Positions 13,188 to 26,649 of a DNA stretch of 64,000 bases are shown here, piece by piece. The stretch spans positions 53,320,001 to 53,384,000 of the forward strand of contig CM069133.1 in the NCBI GenBank assembly GCA_035221665.1, read 5' to 3'. Under the pieces are notes generated by a model, which saw nothing but the letters and a program-made list of their open reading frames with translations, was not told the origin of the DNA and did no database searches. Within the stretch, counting starts at the first letter, position 1, and every line of letters starts with the position of its first letter. The translations under genes were made by a program, and so were the position numbers. The stretch is from Okamejei kenojei (Eukaryota).

Positions 13188-16100
13188 ATTGTCACTGCGT
13201 GTCATGTTGCCACTTGCGGGCAGAGCATAAAGGCAAATTCCTTGTATGTGAATACTTGGCCAATAAACTTATTAATTAATTAACCATTTAAATTTATTTA
13301 TTAATTGATTAATCGATTGATTAATTAATTGATTCGTTCATTGAATGACTTTCATTTGTTCATTATAAGTCGGGATCCAAGTCACCCCACCCTGGAGAGG
13401 TAGAATGTCTAATGTTTAGCTCTCTCTTTGCATGTGAAGTATAATCTCATGGGAAATTCAAAGATCTGCAATGAGAAGTGAAAGCCAGGCCCAATCGTAC
13501 ATGGCTGTTGGATGTTATAGCTCCCAAGACATGAGAGAGGTACTATGAAATCCCAGTACCACAACCCTAATAAAGCTCTCTGCACAGGAGCCGAATACAA
13601 TTTGTTTCACGTCAGGCTTCTGCTCTGTGGCAGCAAAATCATAAACTACAACCAGACCCATCTACCCACAAAACACTTCTTTTGTTTCTCTTCAGAACAT
13701 CCAAATTATGTGTGGAACATCTGGTTACCAGCTGTGCTATGTGGTCTCGAACAAGTTGCAAACCCAAGTGATACAGTGTGCCCAGATTACTATCATTCAA
13801 TAGGGTTGGGGTCACACACACTATCAGAAAGGGAAACCCATCCCACAGTTCAGCTCGTATGCTACCGCCCCTTCTCCCACCCCCAATTCCCTTCATGTGG
13901 AGAGACATTAGCAACCAAAAGAATATAAAACAATTGGTTCCATCAGGGTCCGTCCAATTGGTTTATGATGCAGCGTTGCTGCACTTGGCAATGTAACATT
14001 CCTACCATCAACCCGTCAAGAGGGAAATTCACAACACATTTCAAGAACTTTCAGCAAGTTGCTTCATAAATTATGCACCTTGGATAACACAACACTTCTT
14101 TCATAGCAAAGGTTGAAGTCTAGAAGATTGTGGATGCCAGTGAAAGGAATGGGTATCTCAGGTCATCAACTCAACAACACACCCACATCGGCAATGGGGG
14201 CATTGCCGCTCACTGCACACATGAGGAATACGTTTACCTGCCATGCCTATTAGTCCTATTGTCATAAGTTCGGTCGAAGCAAACTTGCACAGCAGATTTC
14301 AGTCAAGTAATGGATCCCCCCCTTTGGTAAAATTGCATTAAGAAAGAGAACACCTACCTGAGCACCCAAAGAAATAAAGCAGTGACTTGCATTTTCTCAC
14401 AGCAAGTAAACGTGATTAATGGGGGGCATGGCACTTAGATTAGAGGCTTTATGTTGGTTACAATATGTAATTATGAAGTGACTTTGCACCTCAAGATTCA
14501 TGACAAAGAGAACCAGGTGCTAAAAAGTTGGCACTGAGCACGTTTTCATTTTCAATAACAACTAATCTCATGGAAGCTGTACTATGCTTATAACCAAACC
14601 AGTGCCGACATAGTTTTTCATACTGACATAATTCAAAATAAATTTTTGCTTTTTGAAATCTGGAATCTCTGTGAAGGAATATTGAAAGAGATGCAAAGGA
14701 AAGACAGAGAAGGATAAATGGATCCCGTTAAATGTCCAAATCTAAGCGAGCCAAAACAAGGCTGAAGTAAAATAACTGTAGAATAAATGTTTCAATGGCT
14801 TGCAAATCAGAAAACATTTGGATGCTAATCATTTGCTAGAATCCTTGAGAATCAAATCAAATAAAATTCTTACAGCTCTGATCTACAAAGGTAAAACACG
14901 CGAAAAGGAAAATAATCCATCGCTAGGCAATTGCCGTACAAACAGGGAAGAATAGTCTGAACAACACATTTTCTGCATCCGGTTTTGCAGAGCAGAAATG
15001 TTTCCACAGAGCTGACCAGTATCTTCACAATGATATACTTGCATCTGCACGATCAGTTGTTATGTGCTTGTTAGCATGTAGATAGCCTATTATTGCATAC
15101 GGAGTTAGTTATTGTCCTTAGCACAAGTGTGTACAAGCAGTTTAGATATTAATTTTGGCTTTGGGCTTGGTTTTCTTGGTTGAGCACTTATCCTGACGTT
15201 GCAGCTCAAGTACTTTGTGTTTTAATAGTAATCATCGATTCAGATTTGCAGTATTTTTAAATTTCTATTCATAGAAATTAAGCAGCAGCCTTTTTACACA
15301 TATTCAGTCTTTTGAGATTGTTGACCGCGGTGTCCTATCACATTGCATGACAATTGCAGAACACATTTTATTTGTTCCGTATTGGTAAAGTAACGAAGAG
15401 TAGAATGTGTCATTATTGCAACAATGGGTTAATAAATGAAGTATTCGGTGTAGTACAGATTTAGTTCACACCATCAAGGGGACAGCAGAGAGGGAGGAAG
15501 CACAACACTGTCAGATGGATGGGACTGAGGGAGCACTGCATCGTCAAATGGACAGGACTGAGGGAGGGCCACACTGACAGAGGAACTACAATGTTATTAC
15601 TGGGACAGGTCCGAGGAGGATTCAGACTCAGTTTATTGTCATGTATATCAGTGTAATGAAATGCTCTGTCATATGAAGCGCATAGAATAAATGCGTAGTA
15701 TACATTATAATGATCGATACAATAGTAAATACGGTGACAAATGCAAAACAACATAATGGTGCAATGACTGTCGAAGAGATTGGTATTTACAAAACCTGCT
15801 TCCATTTAGCATTGATTGGTAGAAAACCTGCAGCGCTGGATCTAATGACTTTCTCAGCAATAGGCAAACAGATAATAAGGAAAAACGATCACAGTAATGT
15901 TAACTGTAAAGAGTAACTTCACATAAAATGTTTCTCCAACATCACCTTCATCAGTGCCATGCTGTCAGGGGGTATATGGTTGTGGGAACATCACAAAGTT
16001 AGAGAGACAGGGATGAGGCAATTCTATACATTCATAAACCCTTGAAGCCCTTTTGCATCCTCTAAACATAATTCCACGTAGTCTTGCAACATCAGAAACC

Positions 16101-16395
16101 TAAGATATGTGGTATTTAATTCACTCAGCTACATCGGTTGAAACGTTGGGCAGATAAATGGCAGATGGAATTTAATCCAAGCAATTGTGAGATGGTGCAT
16201 TTTGGAAGGTGAAGTGCAAGAGGAAAGTATACGGTAAATGGTAACATATTTAGCAATATTGATGGACAGGAAACTTGTGGTTCAGTCCATAGCTCTCTGA
16301 GAGTGGCAATACAGGTAAATAAGATGGTAAAAGTGGCATACACATACTTGCCTTCATCTGGTAAGGCATTGAACATAAAAGTTGTCACGTCATGT

Positions 16396-16605
16396 TCATA
16401 AGTGAAAGGAGCAGAATTAGGCCATTCTGCCATTCAATCATGGCTGATCTAGCTCTCCCTCCTAACCCCATTCTCCTGCCTTCTCCCCATAACCCCTGAC
16501 ACCCATACTAATCAAGAATCTATCTATTTTTCAGCCTTAAAAATATCAATTGACAACCTCCACAGCCTTCTGTGGCAATGAATTCCACAGATTCACCATC
16601 CTATG
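16396..16605 (-). mobile_element. Nested CR1 3' tail
   Basis: aggagcagaattaggccatt...ttctccccataaccc...ccttctgtggcaatgaattccacagattcacca. Confidence 0.85.
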
Positions 16606-16682
16606 AATTTTTGCTGTCCTATCTAAAGTTTTACACTCTGAGCGTGACTTTAGATAGACTCTCCCGCTGTGTAAAACTTTAG

Positions 16683-16794
16683 ATAGACACAAAATGCTGG
16701 AGTAACTCAGCGGGTCAGGCAGCATCTCTGGATAAAAGGAATGGGTGACATTTCCCGTTGAGAACGTTCTTCAGACTCTTTGAAACTTTAAACT
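16683..16794 (-). mobile_element. Hammerhead element with 11-bp TSD, inside a CR1
   Basis: TSD taaaactttag at 16672-16682 and 16795-16805. The core is degenerate (GAAAUGUC). Confidence 0.88.
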
Positions 16795-17249
16795 TAAAAC
16801 TTTAGTTTGGCCACATGTGGAATATTGTGTGAGTATTGTTGGGGGGGGGGGGGGGGGGGGGAGAGAGAGTAAATGAGGCAAATTCATTTTACACAAAGAG
16901 TAGCAGGTGCATGAAATGCATCGTCGGGGAGGTGGAAAAAATAGATATGATAGCAAAGTTCAAGATACATTTAGAAAGATAAATAGGCAGGTAATAGAGG
17001 GATACGGAGTACATGCAAGTAGATGGGTTAGCTTTAATTTGGCATCGGCTGGTATAGACATGGTAAGCCATAGGGCCTATTCCTGCGTTGTATCTTTTGA
17101 TGTTTCTCTTGTTAAGTGGGTTGGGGACTGTCGAAGTAGTGACTCCTGCAATACCCCACCAGTCACATCTTACTAACTTACAAACGATCTGTTTATTCCC
17201 AATCTTTACTTTTGGACTGGTATGCAAGTATATTGCATCATAACTCTTG

Positions 17250-17870
17250 GACTCAACACCTCTATCTCATCAGAAGTTTGAGGAAATTCAGCATGTGGCC
17301 AAATATTTTATTGAAATTCCACAGGTGTATAGTGGGGAGCATACTGACTGGTTGCAAAGTGGTACAGTAATTCTAATGCTTATACCAAAAGAGGCTGCAG
17401 AAGGTGGTGGCCACTGCCCGTGTCATCATGGCTGCTGCCCTCCCTACCATCAGAAGGGATCTACTTTTTATGGAAGTAGCTGCTAATATCAAAGACCCAC
17501 GTCTCCTCAGCCTCACTTTCTTATTGCTACAATCAGGAAGATGGTACAAGAGCCTGAGAACAGCACCCTCCAGATTCAAGACCAACTTCTCCTATCAGCT
17601 ACTGGGTTCTTGAACCACCCTGCACATCCCTAACTACAACTCTACCTCAACACTGAACCACAACAGACTTTACACTGCTATGGTTACTGTAAGTACCTTG
17701 GTATTTGCACTACCATGGTCCGGTTTACTTAGAATAGCTGTTAATTGATTGCATATGTATTTGTTGCTGCTATATCTAATGTTCCCTAAAGCTGCAGTGA
17801 TACTTTTTTCAGGCTTACATCCAATGCGTATCACAAATAAATGTTCTTGAATCTTCAATCTCTTGAATCT
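17250..17870 (+). mobile_element. Rex1/Babar-type LINE 3' fragment
   Basis: RLQKVVATARVI..LPTI..IKDP..LLQSGRWYKSLRT..SRFKTNF; tail cacaaataaatgttcttgaatctt. Confidence 0.8.
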
Positions 17871-18399
17871 CAATCATTATCTAATTCTCAACGTGTTTTT
17901 TTTTACACTAAAGACACATCCTCTCCCTGATCATTTTATGCTTTTTTCCCCCCTGCTCCAATGATCTCTATTAACCACATGCTTGGCAGAGAAAGGTTAG
18001 ACCTTGGTTAGTTTTCCTGCTGCATTCCAACATCAACAACTGGAAGAACTATTTGAGGTCACCGAGAAACCACGCGATCAGTGAGAGGATACAAAGTAAC
18101 ACTGACAAATATTTGGCGGCAAGACATGCACCACTTTTTGCTGTGTGTCATTGTGGAACACAGACAAGACAAAATGGCAAATCATAAAAACCTGTTGGGC
18201 TAAGAGATGGGAACAGATGAGCTAACCCCATTTGTGTTCATGTCAAGTGCTCAATACTGGTGTAACTGTAAGATTATTTGCGCTATAACTTGTCTAGTTG
18301 GTTACTGAATGACCATCCTTGTAATTTCATGCCACCTTGCAAATTCAAACTCAGTAATAATGCGTGTGTATTATGAAAGTGTGTCGATGACAGTGTGGG

Positions 18400-20400
18400 C
18401 GACGCGTAGCTACATGTTTGTGCATGTGTATACTGTGTGTGCGAGTGTGACTCGGGCGGCAAGACGGTAGTTCAAATCAAAGATCAGGTTCAAATCGTAA
18501 ATCTGTCCGAAACAATAAAATACTTTGTGTCAGAGATACCCCTTTACAAGTGGCAAATGGGAAGGGGGTAGGCCATTTGGCCTCTCGAGCTTGTTCTGTC
18601 ACGGGATAAAACCGATTCGTTGCAAGGACTAAATGTTGTCAATTTAAGTGGGATTCAAGCAAGAAAACATTGTCAGGACAACGCCGCAGCGCCAACTGGC
18701 TTTCGACACGTTTAAGCCGCGTTCTCGTGGTTTTAGAGCGTCGGCGACCGCCTCGCCCCCAAATCCAGGCCCCCGTCTCCCTCCACAAGATGCATTCGTG
18801 ACGGTGATGTGCACTTTGAATCTTTCAGCTAGCCCTCGCACTCACTGCCGTGAAGTATCCAAGCCTTCCCCACCCGGCAATCTGTCCCCTCCCTGTCGGT
18901 GGAGCTCCGCCGCACGCTCTTGCCAATCTAACTCTCCAGCTAACGGGCGGATGAGAGTGTTTCATTTAATTCGTGTGCGACTTGCCCGCACCATTTCAAT
19001 GACATATCGGTTGGGACAGTGCGGAGAAGCAAGGAGCAGGAAACGCTGGCGTAAGCAGCCAGCAACAGCCCAGTGTGTGTGGCCAGACAGCGGGAGGAGC
19101 AGCCTGCAACACTGGGGCGGCAAGGCAGCTGGGTCGGCGTGCTAAATCAGCGCTTTAGCAAATCAATGCCACTTGAAGAGTACAATGCGAGCCCTCACTG
19201 TTCAGACGCCAGAGACTGGAGAAATGCATTCTCAAGTATTTCACATTAAGAGGGAATAATGTGTTAATTTATAACTCTTCACCCTGCACACTTGGATTAT
19301 CCATCTGTGTCAGCGGTTTGACTTTGTAAATTTATCAAAAACAGGGAGAAGGGAAAGGCATCCTCCAGTCAAGAACCAGGGAATAGCACTTAAAAAAAAA
19401 AAAAAAAAAAAGATGCAGCCCATTTTTGCCCCTTCAGCTTCGTTACAAGGGCTGTGGAGCCTTGGGGAGCAGTGCTCGCACTGCGGCGGTTCTGCGAGGT
19501 CTCATCCTTCACGTGTGACAGGAGGGGGAAGGCTGCAGCAGCCGAGGCTGTCAGCAATAGACTTTAGAAAAGTTCGAAAGTCTACACATTCATGCACTTG
19601 GTGTCGGCGCCCGTGCATGCACGCACACCGTCTCAAACCACGAACACTATCCCCTCCCGCATCTGAACGCCCCCACCTTATTCTTACGCATATGTATGTT
19701 CCCGGCCACACATAAACACACACAAATCGCACACATTCATTCGAGCCTACAACTTGCACGCCAGCACACACGGTCTCAGCCACCGCTACACGAGGCCAAC
19801 TACCGTCACAAAGACAGGAATTAAACACTGATTAAGTTGCAAGGCATCACAAGCCCACGGGGGGGGGGGGGGGGGGTTGAGTAATTTTTGGAAAGCTCCA
19901 CAGAGTGGATCAGCTGACCGAACCTCGGGCCTGAAATGTTAACGTGGTTAACTCTTCATGGACCGGATCTGGCGATCAACATGGGAGGGGGGGGGGGAAT
20001 CGAACAACTTTTGGATTCTTCAAAAAATAAGTTGGAATACTTGGAATTCTGAGCGGATTCGTCTTGAACCACAACACGGTTCTTATGTTTAACATCTTGG
20101 TACAACTCTTCACACGTGATCGGCTGCCCATCCACCCTACTACGCGTGTAAAAGAAACATTATTTCTGTAAGTTTCCTTGACAAGCATTTTAACTATCAC
20201 CAGAGCTGATGGTACCAGGCACGCTGCGGGAATGTCACAACGTCCAGCGCTCAGTCCGCGGGCAATAATTCTGGCCTCGCCCTTTAGAATGATTAACTTG
20301 CCTTGCGAATTCGGGGAAGGGGAAGGCCAAGGAGTAGTTTGTGCAGAAACCCGCGAGTTCACTCAACGAGAAGGACGGGGACAACCTGGTAACACCAAGT
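18400..20400. promoter_or_regulatory. CpG-rich intronic region (CpG-island-like)
   Basis: Visibly higher CpG and GC content than the flanks (e.g. 18680-19140, 19470-19800); not computed. Confidence 0.45.
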
Positions 20401-20665
20401 CCTCCTCAAACTGAATACCAGTTGGAAATATATTGTCACCATTTATGCTCCATCGACAAATCCATCAGTTTTAACTATCGCTTTCTAACCGGTTCAGCCT
20501 TCCCGTTGTTTTATTCATTCTATGGATATGGCCATGGCTTGCAATCTTTACTTTTCAGCACCTATTGTGTATGTCTAATCGTCCCTGAACGGAAAATGGG
20601 CCTGCAGTCATATATTGGACCGACTAATCAAAAGCAGCGCATTTCATCCTCTAAAGGACACCAGT

Positions 20666-20755
20666 GACACAAAATGCTGGAGTACCTCAGCGGGACAGAC
20701 GTCACATGTGGATAGAAGGAATGGGTGACGTTTCGGGTCGAGACCTTTCTTCAGC
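20666..20755 (-). mobile_element. Hammerhead element inserted in an older minus-strand SINE-like repeat
   Basis: Core 20727-20754 reads CUGAAGA-AAGGU-CUCG-ACCC-GAAACGUC, with the palindrome intact. Confidence 0.85.
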
Positions 20756-21074
20756 AGAAGTGGTTTTAGGACAATCCAGTGGCTTCTACTGTGAGACTTG
20801 TTTATAAAAATAAATTCTGATGTATTTCACTCGTTTAAATTTCATAATTGTTGAAATTATTCAAACTCGCGTATGTGTCAGATCAGTGGCCCAGAAGGCT
20901 GACCATTTTGCTCCGACACTCACCATTGTGCTATTCCACTCAATACTGTACGCGAGCAAATCCCACATTCTCACCAACCTTTGGGTAAAAGGTTTTCGAA
21001 TCTTCCAATTATACTTTTCCCCATAACTAGTTGCCTTCCCTTCAACAAAATGGTTAATCGTTTTAAAGGCTTTT

Positions 21075-21530
21075 ATCGTATTTTAAGTACGCCCCCCCCC
21101 CCCCCACCAGGGAAAAGAGAGCCAGACTATTCATCCTTAACATGTCCACCTTCACATTTCTAGTATAATCTTTGTAAATTGTCTCTGCGCCCTTTCCATT
21201 GCTTCTACATTGACCAGAGCTGTGCACAACACTCCAAACGTGGTCTAATGAAAACCTGAAATATAGATTTTAATATAATCGCCCTACCTATCAATTCTAT
21301 CCTCTGGAAATAAACTTATGTGTTCTGCCTGCTCAATAACTTTGCGAACATGCACAGCAACGTTTAGTTATTAGTGCATTTGTTCTGCCAACTCCATTCA
21401 GCCTCACAACTTCCTATCACAATGTGCTACCTCATATTTATCTGGTTTGTACTTCAGTGATTTATCTGGTTTGTACTTTACTGATTTTCCTATTCTCCAA
21501 GGTGATTAATACATTCCTGTAACTTGGTGG
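21075..21530 (-). mobile_element. Old CR1 fragment
   Basis: gaccagagctgtgcacaacactccaaacgtggtctaa corresponds to (L)RPRLECCAQLW on the minus strand. Includes a 24-bp tandem duplication at 21436-21483. Confidence 0.65.
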
Positions 21531-21717
21531 ACCCCCCCCCCCCCCCCCCCCCCCCTCCTCCCCCCTTAGCAATATTCATAAATGTATAAATTGTGCTCTG
21601 GATTAAGAGACTGATTTGTTAATGTAATTGAGAAGGGCAATGGTCTCAACAACGACATTGTGGATCTACACGACGCACCTGCTACCATGGGGAATAGCCA
21701 CCTTTTATTCCAACTCT

Positions 21718-21825
21718 GTAGGTCTGAAGAAGAGTCTCGACGCGAAACGTCGCCCATTCCTTCTCTCCAAAGATGCTGCCTGTCCAGCGTGAGAGGAGAT
21801 CCAGCATTTTTGTGCCTACCTTTCA
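21718..21825 (+). mobile_element. Hammerhead element
   Basis: Core 21724-21751 ctgaagaagagtctcgacgcgaaacgtc, with one stem II mismatch. Confidence 0.85.
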
Positions 21826-22639
21826 TTCCAACTCTCTGCTTCCTTCTGACCATATTTTATGGTCTTGTTTGTTTGTCTTTTGGGAGGACTTTAACTAGTA
21901 TTTTGTTTTAAATTACATTGGCATTGGCTAGTCTTTCTGTTCCACGTCGAAAAGCCAAGAAAGGCTTCTGTAGCAAGATATTTCATGTTGAAATCCAGAC
22001 TGCCGAATCGTTATTGGACTTTTAATTTCTATATGTTGACTTATTTACCCTTTTATGGTGTTGCGCTACTTTTTTCCCTACCAGGGTGTAAAGACCACGT
22101 CCTACCCCCCCCCCCCCCCCTCTTAACTATACGCTTTATCGGAGCCATTTGCTTATCCTCTGCACTTTATTTCTCACCGATTATCAAATATCTACAAAAG
22201 TGCGTGGGCACAATTTGTCTGGAGCACGGGTTTTAACTCGGAGTTTGATTCGTTCATTGAATATATTCCCTGTTGTATTTTACCTTTTTATTTTATGTTC
22301 CCTGTTCATTTAAACCCAGAGTTCCCCTTTCCCTTCTTAATGCGTTTTACATCTAATCCCCTCAAATTCTATTCTTCATCGCTGGTTAATGTTTGCCTCT
22401 TTCAACACCCTCCATTGGTCCCTTGTCTTTATTTATTCATGGAATCTCATACTTCTTTTTGTTTTCCCTTTCAGAGGAATATATTTCTTGAATTGTAATC
22501 ACCGTCTTAAATATTTCCTATTGCTGTTCTGTATCGCTCTTCGCCAGCGTTGGACATATTTGCTCCGAGTTGTTCCGCATTCAAATCTGCCTTTCATCAA
22601 TCTATTAACCTCGTTTTTTGTCATACATGTGTCCTTATC

Positions 22640-23850
22640 TATTACCATCTTCCAAACCAACACTGCAGTTTCTCGCCGAGAGGCCAAGCTGACTGCAGGG
22701 TTGCGCCGAGGCGTGTGGCTGGAGCGGAGCCGCGGCAGGTTGCGAGTGGGGCATTCTGCCACATTCCCGCTGGCTTTCACACTGCCATCGCCTCCCACCA
22801 GCCACGGCATCCCACCCCTCCACCTTCAAACTGAGCAGACGGAAAGGGCACAACTAAAGAGTTCCATCCGCGGCCGGACTCTCTATTAAGCCAACCTCGC
22901 CCAGAGAATGGTCCCGGAGAATAAAGAAATAAAGAGAATGCTGGCAATTCCCAGCGGGTCAGGCAGCGTCCGCAGAGGAGGAGCTGGAGCTCGCCTTTTC
23001 AGCTCCATTATCTTTGTGTGTTTTTTTTTAATTGCAGAATTCCAGCTCCACCTGCAGGTTTGGATTTTTTTTTTCAAGGATGGGTTGTGCGCAGTTGGTT
23101 AGCCAAGAGGAGCAAACCAACTCCCCCGGTGGCGGCTCCCTGGTCAAGTTGTTCCACTGAGCGTCGGCCCGAGCGGCGCTTCCACCGGCACTGAAGAGAG
23201 ACACACAATACTGGAGTAACTCAGCGGGGCAGGCAGAAGCTCTGGAGAAAAGGAATGGGTGACGTTTCGGGTCGACACCTTTCTTCAGACTGAAAGGCGG
23301 ACTGGACATGTGCCTACCTTGATAGTTCGAGTGAAACGGAGATACCTGGTTTGACTTCTGGAAGACAAGCCTCCTGCCGCCACTGCCCCCAGAGGAATTG
23401 AGCAGCGGCCTGGCCACAAACTCACGGCACCCACCCGTCTCCAAACTCCACCTCGCTGACTTGAAGATGCCAATAGATTTCTCGCGTGGTTTTAAGCTTT
23501 TGTGCGCTCACCTCGAAATGCTAGTCACCGTAAATACACATTCACCACTCGCAATTATCGGCCACCCGCTTATATTGCCGGTGAAGTGCCAACTCGCGAC
23601 CAACTTTCTGGCTCCGGGATCAGCGGGGAGAGCTTGGCCTTGATTCCCGAGTTGCGAGCGCGGCGACACACACTTTCCACGTGAATTGTCGGTGCGTGCA
23701 AAGCGGCCGGATCAGCGGCCTTGCATGAAGCTCTCCCTCGGCTCTGCACTTCAACCCAACCCTTCAGCCAAAGGGTGGACCAACATACGGCACCGCGCAC
23801 CGGGAAAATTACAAGAGGCACTTGTGGGGCCAATTTTCCACAATATTCCA
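22640..23850. promoter_or_regulatory. CpG-rich intronic region
   Basis: Dense CpG (gcgccgaggcgtg, gcgagcgcggcg); lies just 3' (minus strand) of the candidate alternative first exon at about 24.8 kb. Confidence 0.45.
23192..23292 (-). mobile_element. Hammerhead element
   Basis: Core 23261-23288 reads CUGAAGA-AAGGU-GUCG-ACCC-GAAACGUC, with the palindrome intact. Confidence 0.85.
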
Positions 23851-24614
23851 CATGTTAGTGCATTGCTGCACCGTTCTCCCGCACAGTGTTCCGCAATTAA
23901 TTCAATTGTTTTTATAGTGTGGATCCTATCCGAGCCAATATCATTATTGATATATAAACAAATACCGTGCAACTGACAAGGGCGATTGATTGATAAGGGC
24001 TTTGAATTTGTAAGTTTTATCATTGAGACATTTTTAAATCAGTTTTACTTTAATCCCATTATTAAAAGGTTTATGCTCTTTTTCTGGACACCTCATTAAA
24101 TGGTGGCGGAGGAATTAAATTCCAGTATCAATTTAACTATATTTTCGTTGTCAAGGTATGCGGACGAGGTGGAAATAGAGAAATTGTATGGATATTTAAA
24201 AATGTAAAACAGTAAAAATCGTAACAAGTGTAAAGTCATAATACACATTTAACCACTAAGAATTAAACTACACGTGGGATTAAAAGTAACCCCCTTCCCA
24301 CTACCCAGTAATGCGAGGAATGTCACGTCAATCCCGACGACAATCTCAGGTTCGACGAATTCTCTCCAGCAATAAGAAGCAGAAAGGTTTTTCATGTTAC
24401 ACAGAAAACAACCACGTCCAGCATTGATTCTCAGTCCCGCCCACATCGCACTATTCCTGGCTGTCCCGACTGAAGGTTTTCCCAAATGGGAATTCGCTAT
24501 TCTTGTCAATCGCGGTGCCTGTAAAGTTAATCCGCTCCCGTGCCACCTAAAGGGTTAAAGCTCTGAGGTACAGTTGTGACTTGTCAATGACACATAATAC
24601 CCTGGGTCCTTCAA

Positions 24615-24786
24615 NNNNNNNNNNNNNNNNNNNNNNNNNNNNNNNNNNNNNNNNNNNNNNNNNNNNNNNNNNNNNNNNNNNNNNNNNNNNNNNNNNNNNN
24701 NNNNNNNNNNNNNNNNNNNNNNNNNNNNNNNNNNNNNNNNNNNNNNNNNNNNNNNNNNNNNNNNNNNNNNNNNNNNNNNNNNNNNN
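24615..24786. other. N-run (172 nt)
   Basis: Seen directly. Confidence 0.99.
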
Positions 24787-24949
24787 AGAGTGGAGCTCTT
24801 GGCCATCACTGCTGTCCCCAGCTCACTCTAATGAGTGCAGATGAATTAGTGCTACGTGACACGATTTTAGCAGGCTCCCTCCCCCACCCCTTCCACCCCC
24901 ACCACTGCAGTGACAAGCATTCGGCAGAGAAAGAGGGGGGCGGGGGGAA

Positions 24950-24963
24950 AGAGTGAGAGTGAG

Positions 24964-24997
<34 letters not shown>
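24950..24997. repeat. (GA)n microsatellite
   Basis: gagtgagagtgagaaagaaagagagagaga... Confidence 0.9.
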
Positions 24998-25000
<3 letters not shown>

Positions 25001-26029
25001 CCACTTGCGTACACATGCGAGGGCACACCACACACATACAAAGATCGCAACAACAATTCTGCAAATAAAAGCTGAATAGTTTTCCCCCCCTTTGCTTCAC
25101 GCTAATGTTGATGTATTTTTAAAATGTTTATGTAGACTAACTTTTCGTTCCATCTACCGAATGAAACAGTATCTTACCAGAATCTCAGATGAGGGCATAT
25201 CACTATTGATTTCAGCTATTACTCTCAGTATTGAGACTAATTCAGTGTTGATCATTAAAGGGGAAAAAAAGGTTTCACAAGGCAGGCAACGACCTGTTAA
25301 GAAGCAGTCACTGAAGGCTCGGAATCAGGTGGACTAAGTTGCAAGTGTAAGGAAAAGGGCAAAGTGCAGGAACTTCCGAATCACTAATGTTATTTTTGTC
25401 AAGCAGTTCAATTCATGGTTAAATCCCAACCTGGCGTGTTTGCAAAGGGAGGATTGCAAATTGGAGCAGCAGTCTTTTCTCTCAATGGCCTGCATTAAAA
25501 GAAAAGTTGAATTTAGGAAAACATCACTGATGTTTTAAATGCAAACACATCAGGGTTTTTCCCCCAAAGAGGTAAAGGACAATTTTTGATCATTGTATGC
25601 AATCTTTCAATTTGAAATATCTTTTTTTTCTTTCCAGAGCCACAGAGAAAGAGTAAGGGAGTGGAGCTAATTGGAGAGTCCTTCAGACATGCACTTCCAT
25701 CATGGACAAGGCCTGCTCCTTTATGATATAAAACCAAACCCAAGCAAACCATGGTCAACCAGCTGGAATTTCAAAGCTTGAAACCTGCATAGATGGAATA
25801 TTAAACATCCAAGGGTTCGACAAAAACAATGGATTAAGTTGCATCATAGAATCTTCTTCTCATCTCCCACAAATACTACCCATACATCTCTCTCAAAATA
25901 TGGCTAGTTTCATTATGAACAAATCAGTTATTGGCTCCATCTATTCTAAGCCACTACCTGATAAAGCAGCGCTGGGAGGGACAGAATACAAAAAGCCATG
26001 AATGCTCTGATGAGTCCTTCTGCCTCAGT

Positions 26030-26372
26030 GTATAAAATCATGAGGAAAGATCGGTTACACAGTCTCTTGCCCAGAATGGGGGAATAGAGAACCAGAGGAG
26101 AGGTTTAAGGTGCATGGGGAAAGATTTATCAGGATTTAACAGGGGTAACATTTTCACACAAAGGGTGGTAGGTGTATGGATGGAGCTGCCAGAGGAGGTA
26201 GTTGAATCAGGTACTATCGCAACATTAAATAAACATTTAGACAAATACATGGATAGGACAGGTTTAGAGAGATATGGGCCAAATGCAGGTAGGTGGGATG
26301 AGTGTAGATGGGACATGTTGGCTGGTGTGGGCAAGTTGGACTGAACGGTCTGTTTCCACACACTTTGACTAT
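26030..26372 (+). mobile_element. CR1 3' fragment
   Basis: ORF 26114-26344 reads FTQRVVGVWMELPEEVVESGTI..KHLDKYMDRTGLERYGPNAGRWD. Confidence 0.9.
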
Positions 26373-26649
26373 GCCAGTCAGTTCAGAGGTGAGCAAGGAA
26401 TGAGCCAGCATGGCTACCATCAGAGCTCATCGTCTGTGATCTCAGAAGTTGCTCTGTGGGCAACTGGACAATAAAGATTACAGGGTTTATGACACATCTT
26501 AATTGTATATTAACTAAATAGGTACAATTTTAAATTAGTTCAGGAAACCGATCTAGGGATTGTGTAAATACATATGTGAGAGTGGTAGGACAGGTTGGGA
26601 GAGTTTTTGGAAAGCCACCTTAGAAATTAAAATAAAATGTCATGAATCT

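Larger units (their letters stand above)
16125..17110 (+). mobile_element. Fragmented CR1 ORF2 3' half with nested insertions
   Basis: WADKWQMEFNPSNCEMVHFG at about 16147, KTLVWPHVEYCV split by an insertion at about 16680, and a 3' tail at about 17050. Confidence 0.8.

Noticed and set aside
14189-14208. Perfect 8-bp hairpin cggcaatg-gggg-cattgccg
   Set aside because: Short enough to occur by chance in 64 kb, with no supporting context.
18648-19145. 165-aa GC-rich ORF, and similar ORFs at 22389-22889, 38171-38662 and 47729-48388
   Set aside because: No recognisable domain or splice context; ORFs of this length are expected by chance in GC-rich or intronic DNA.
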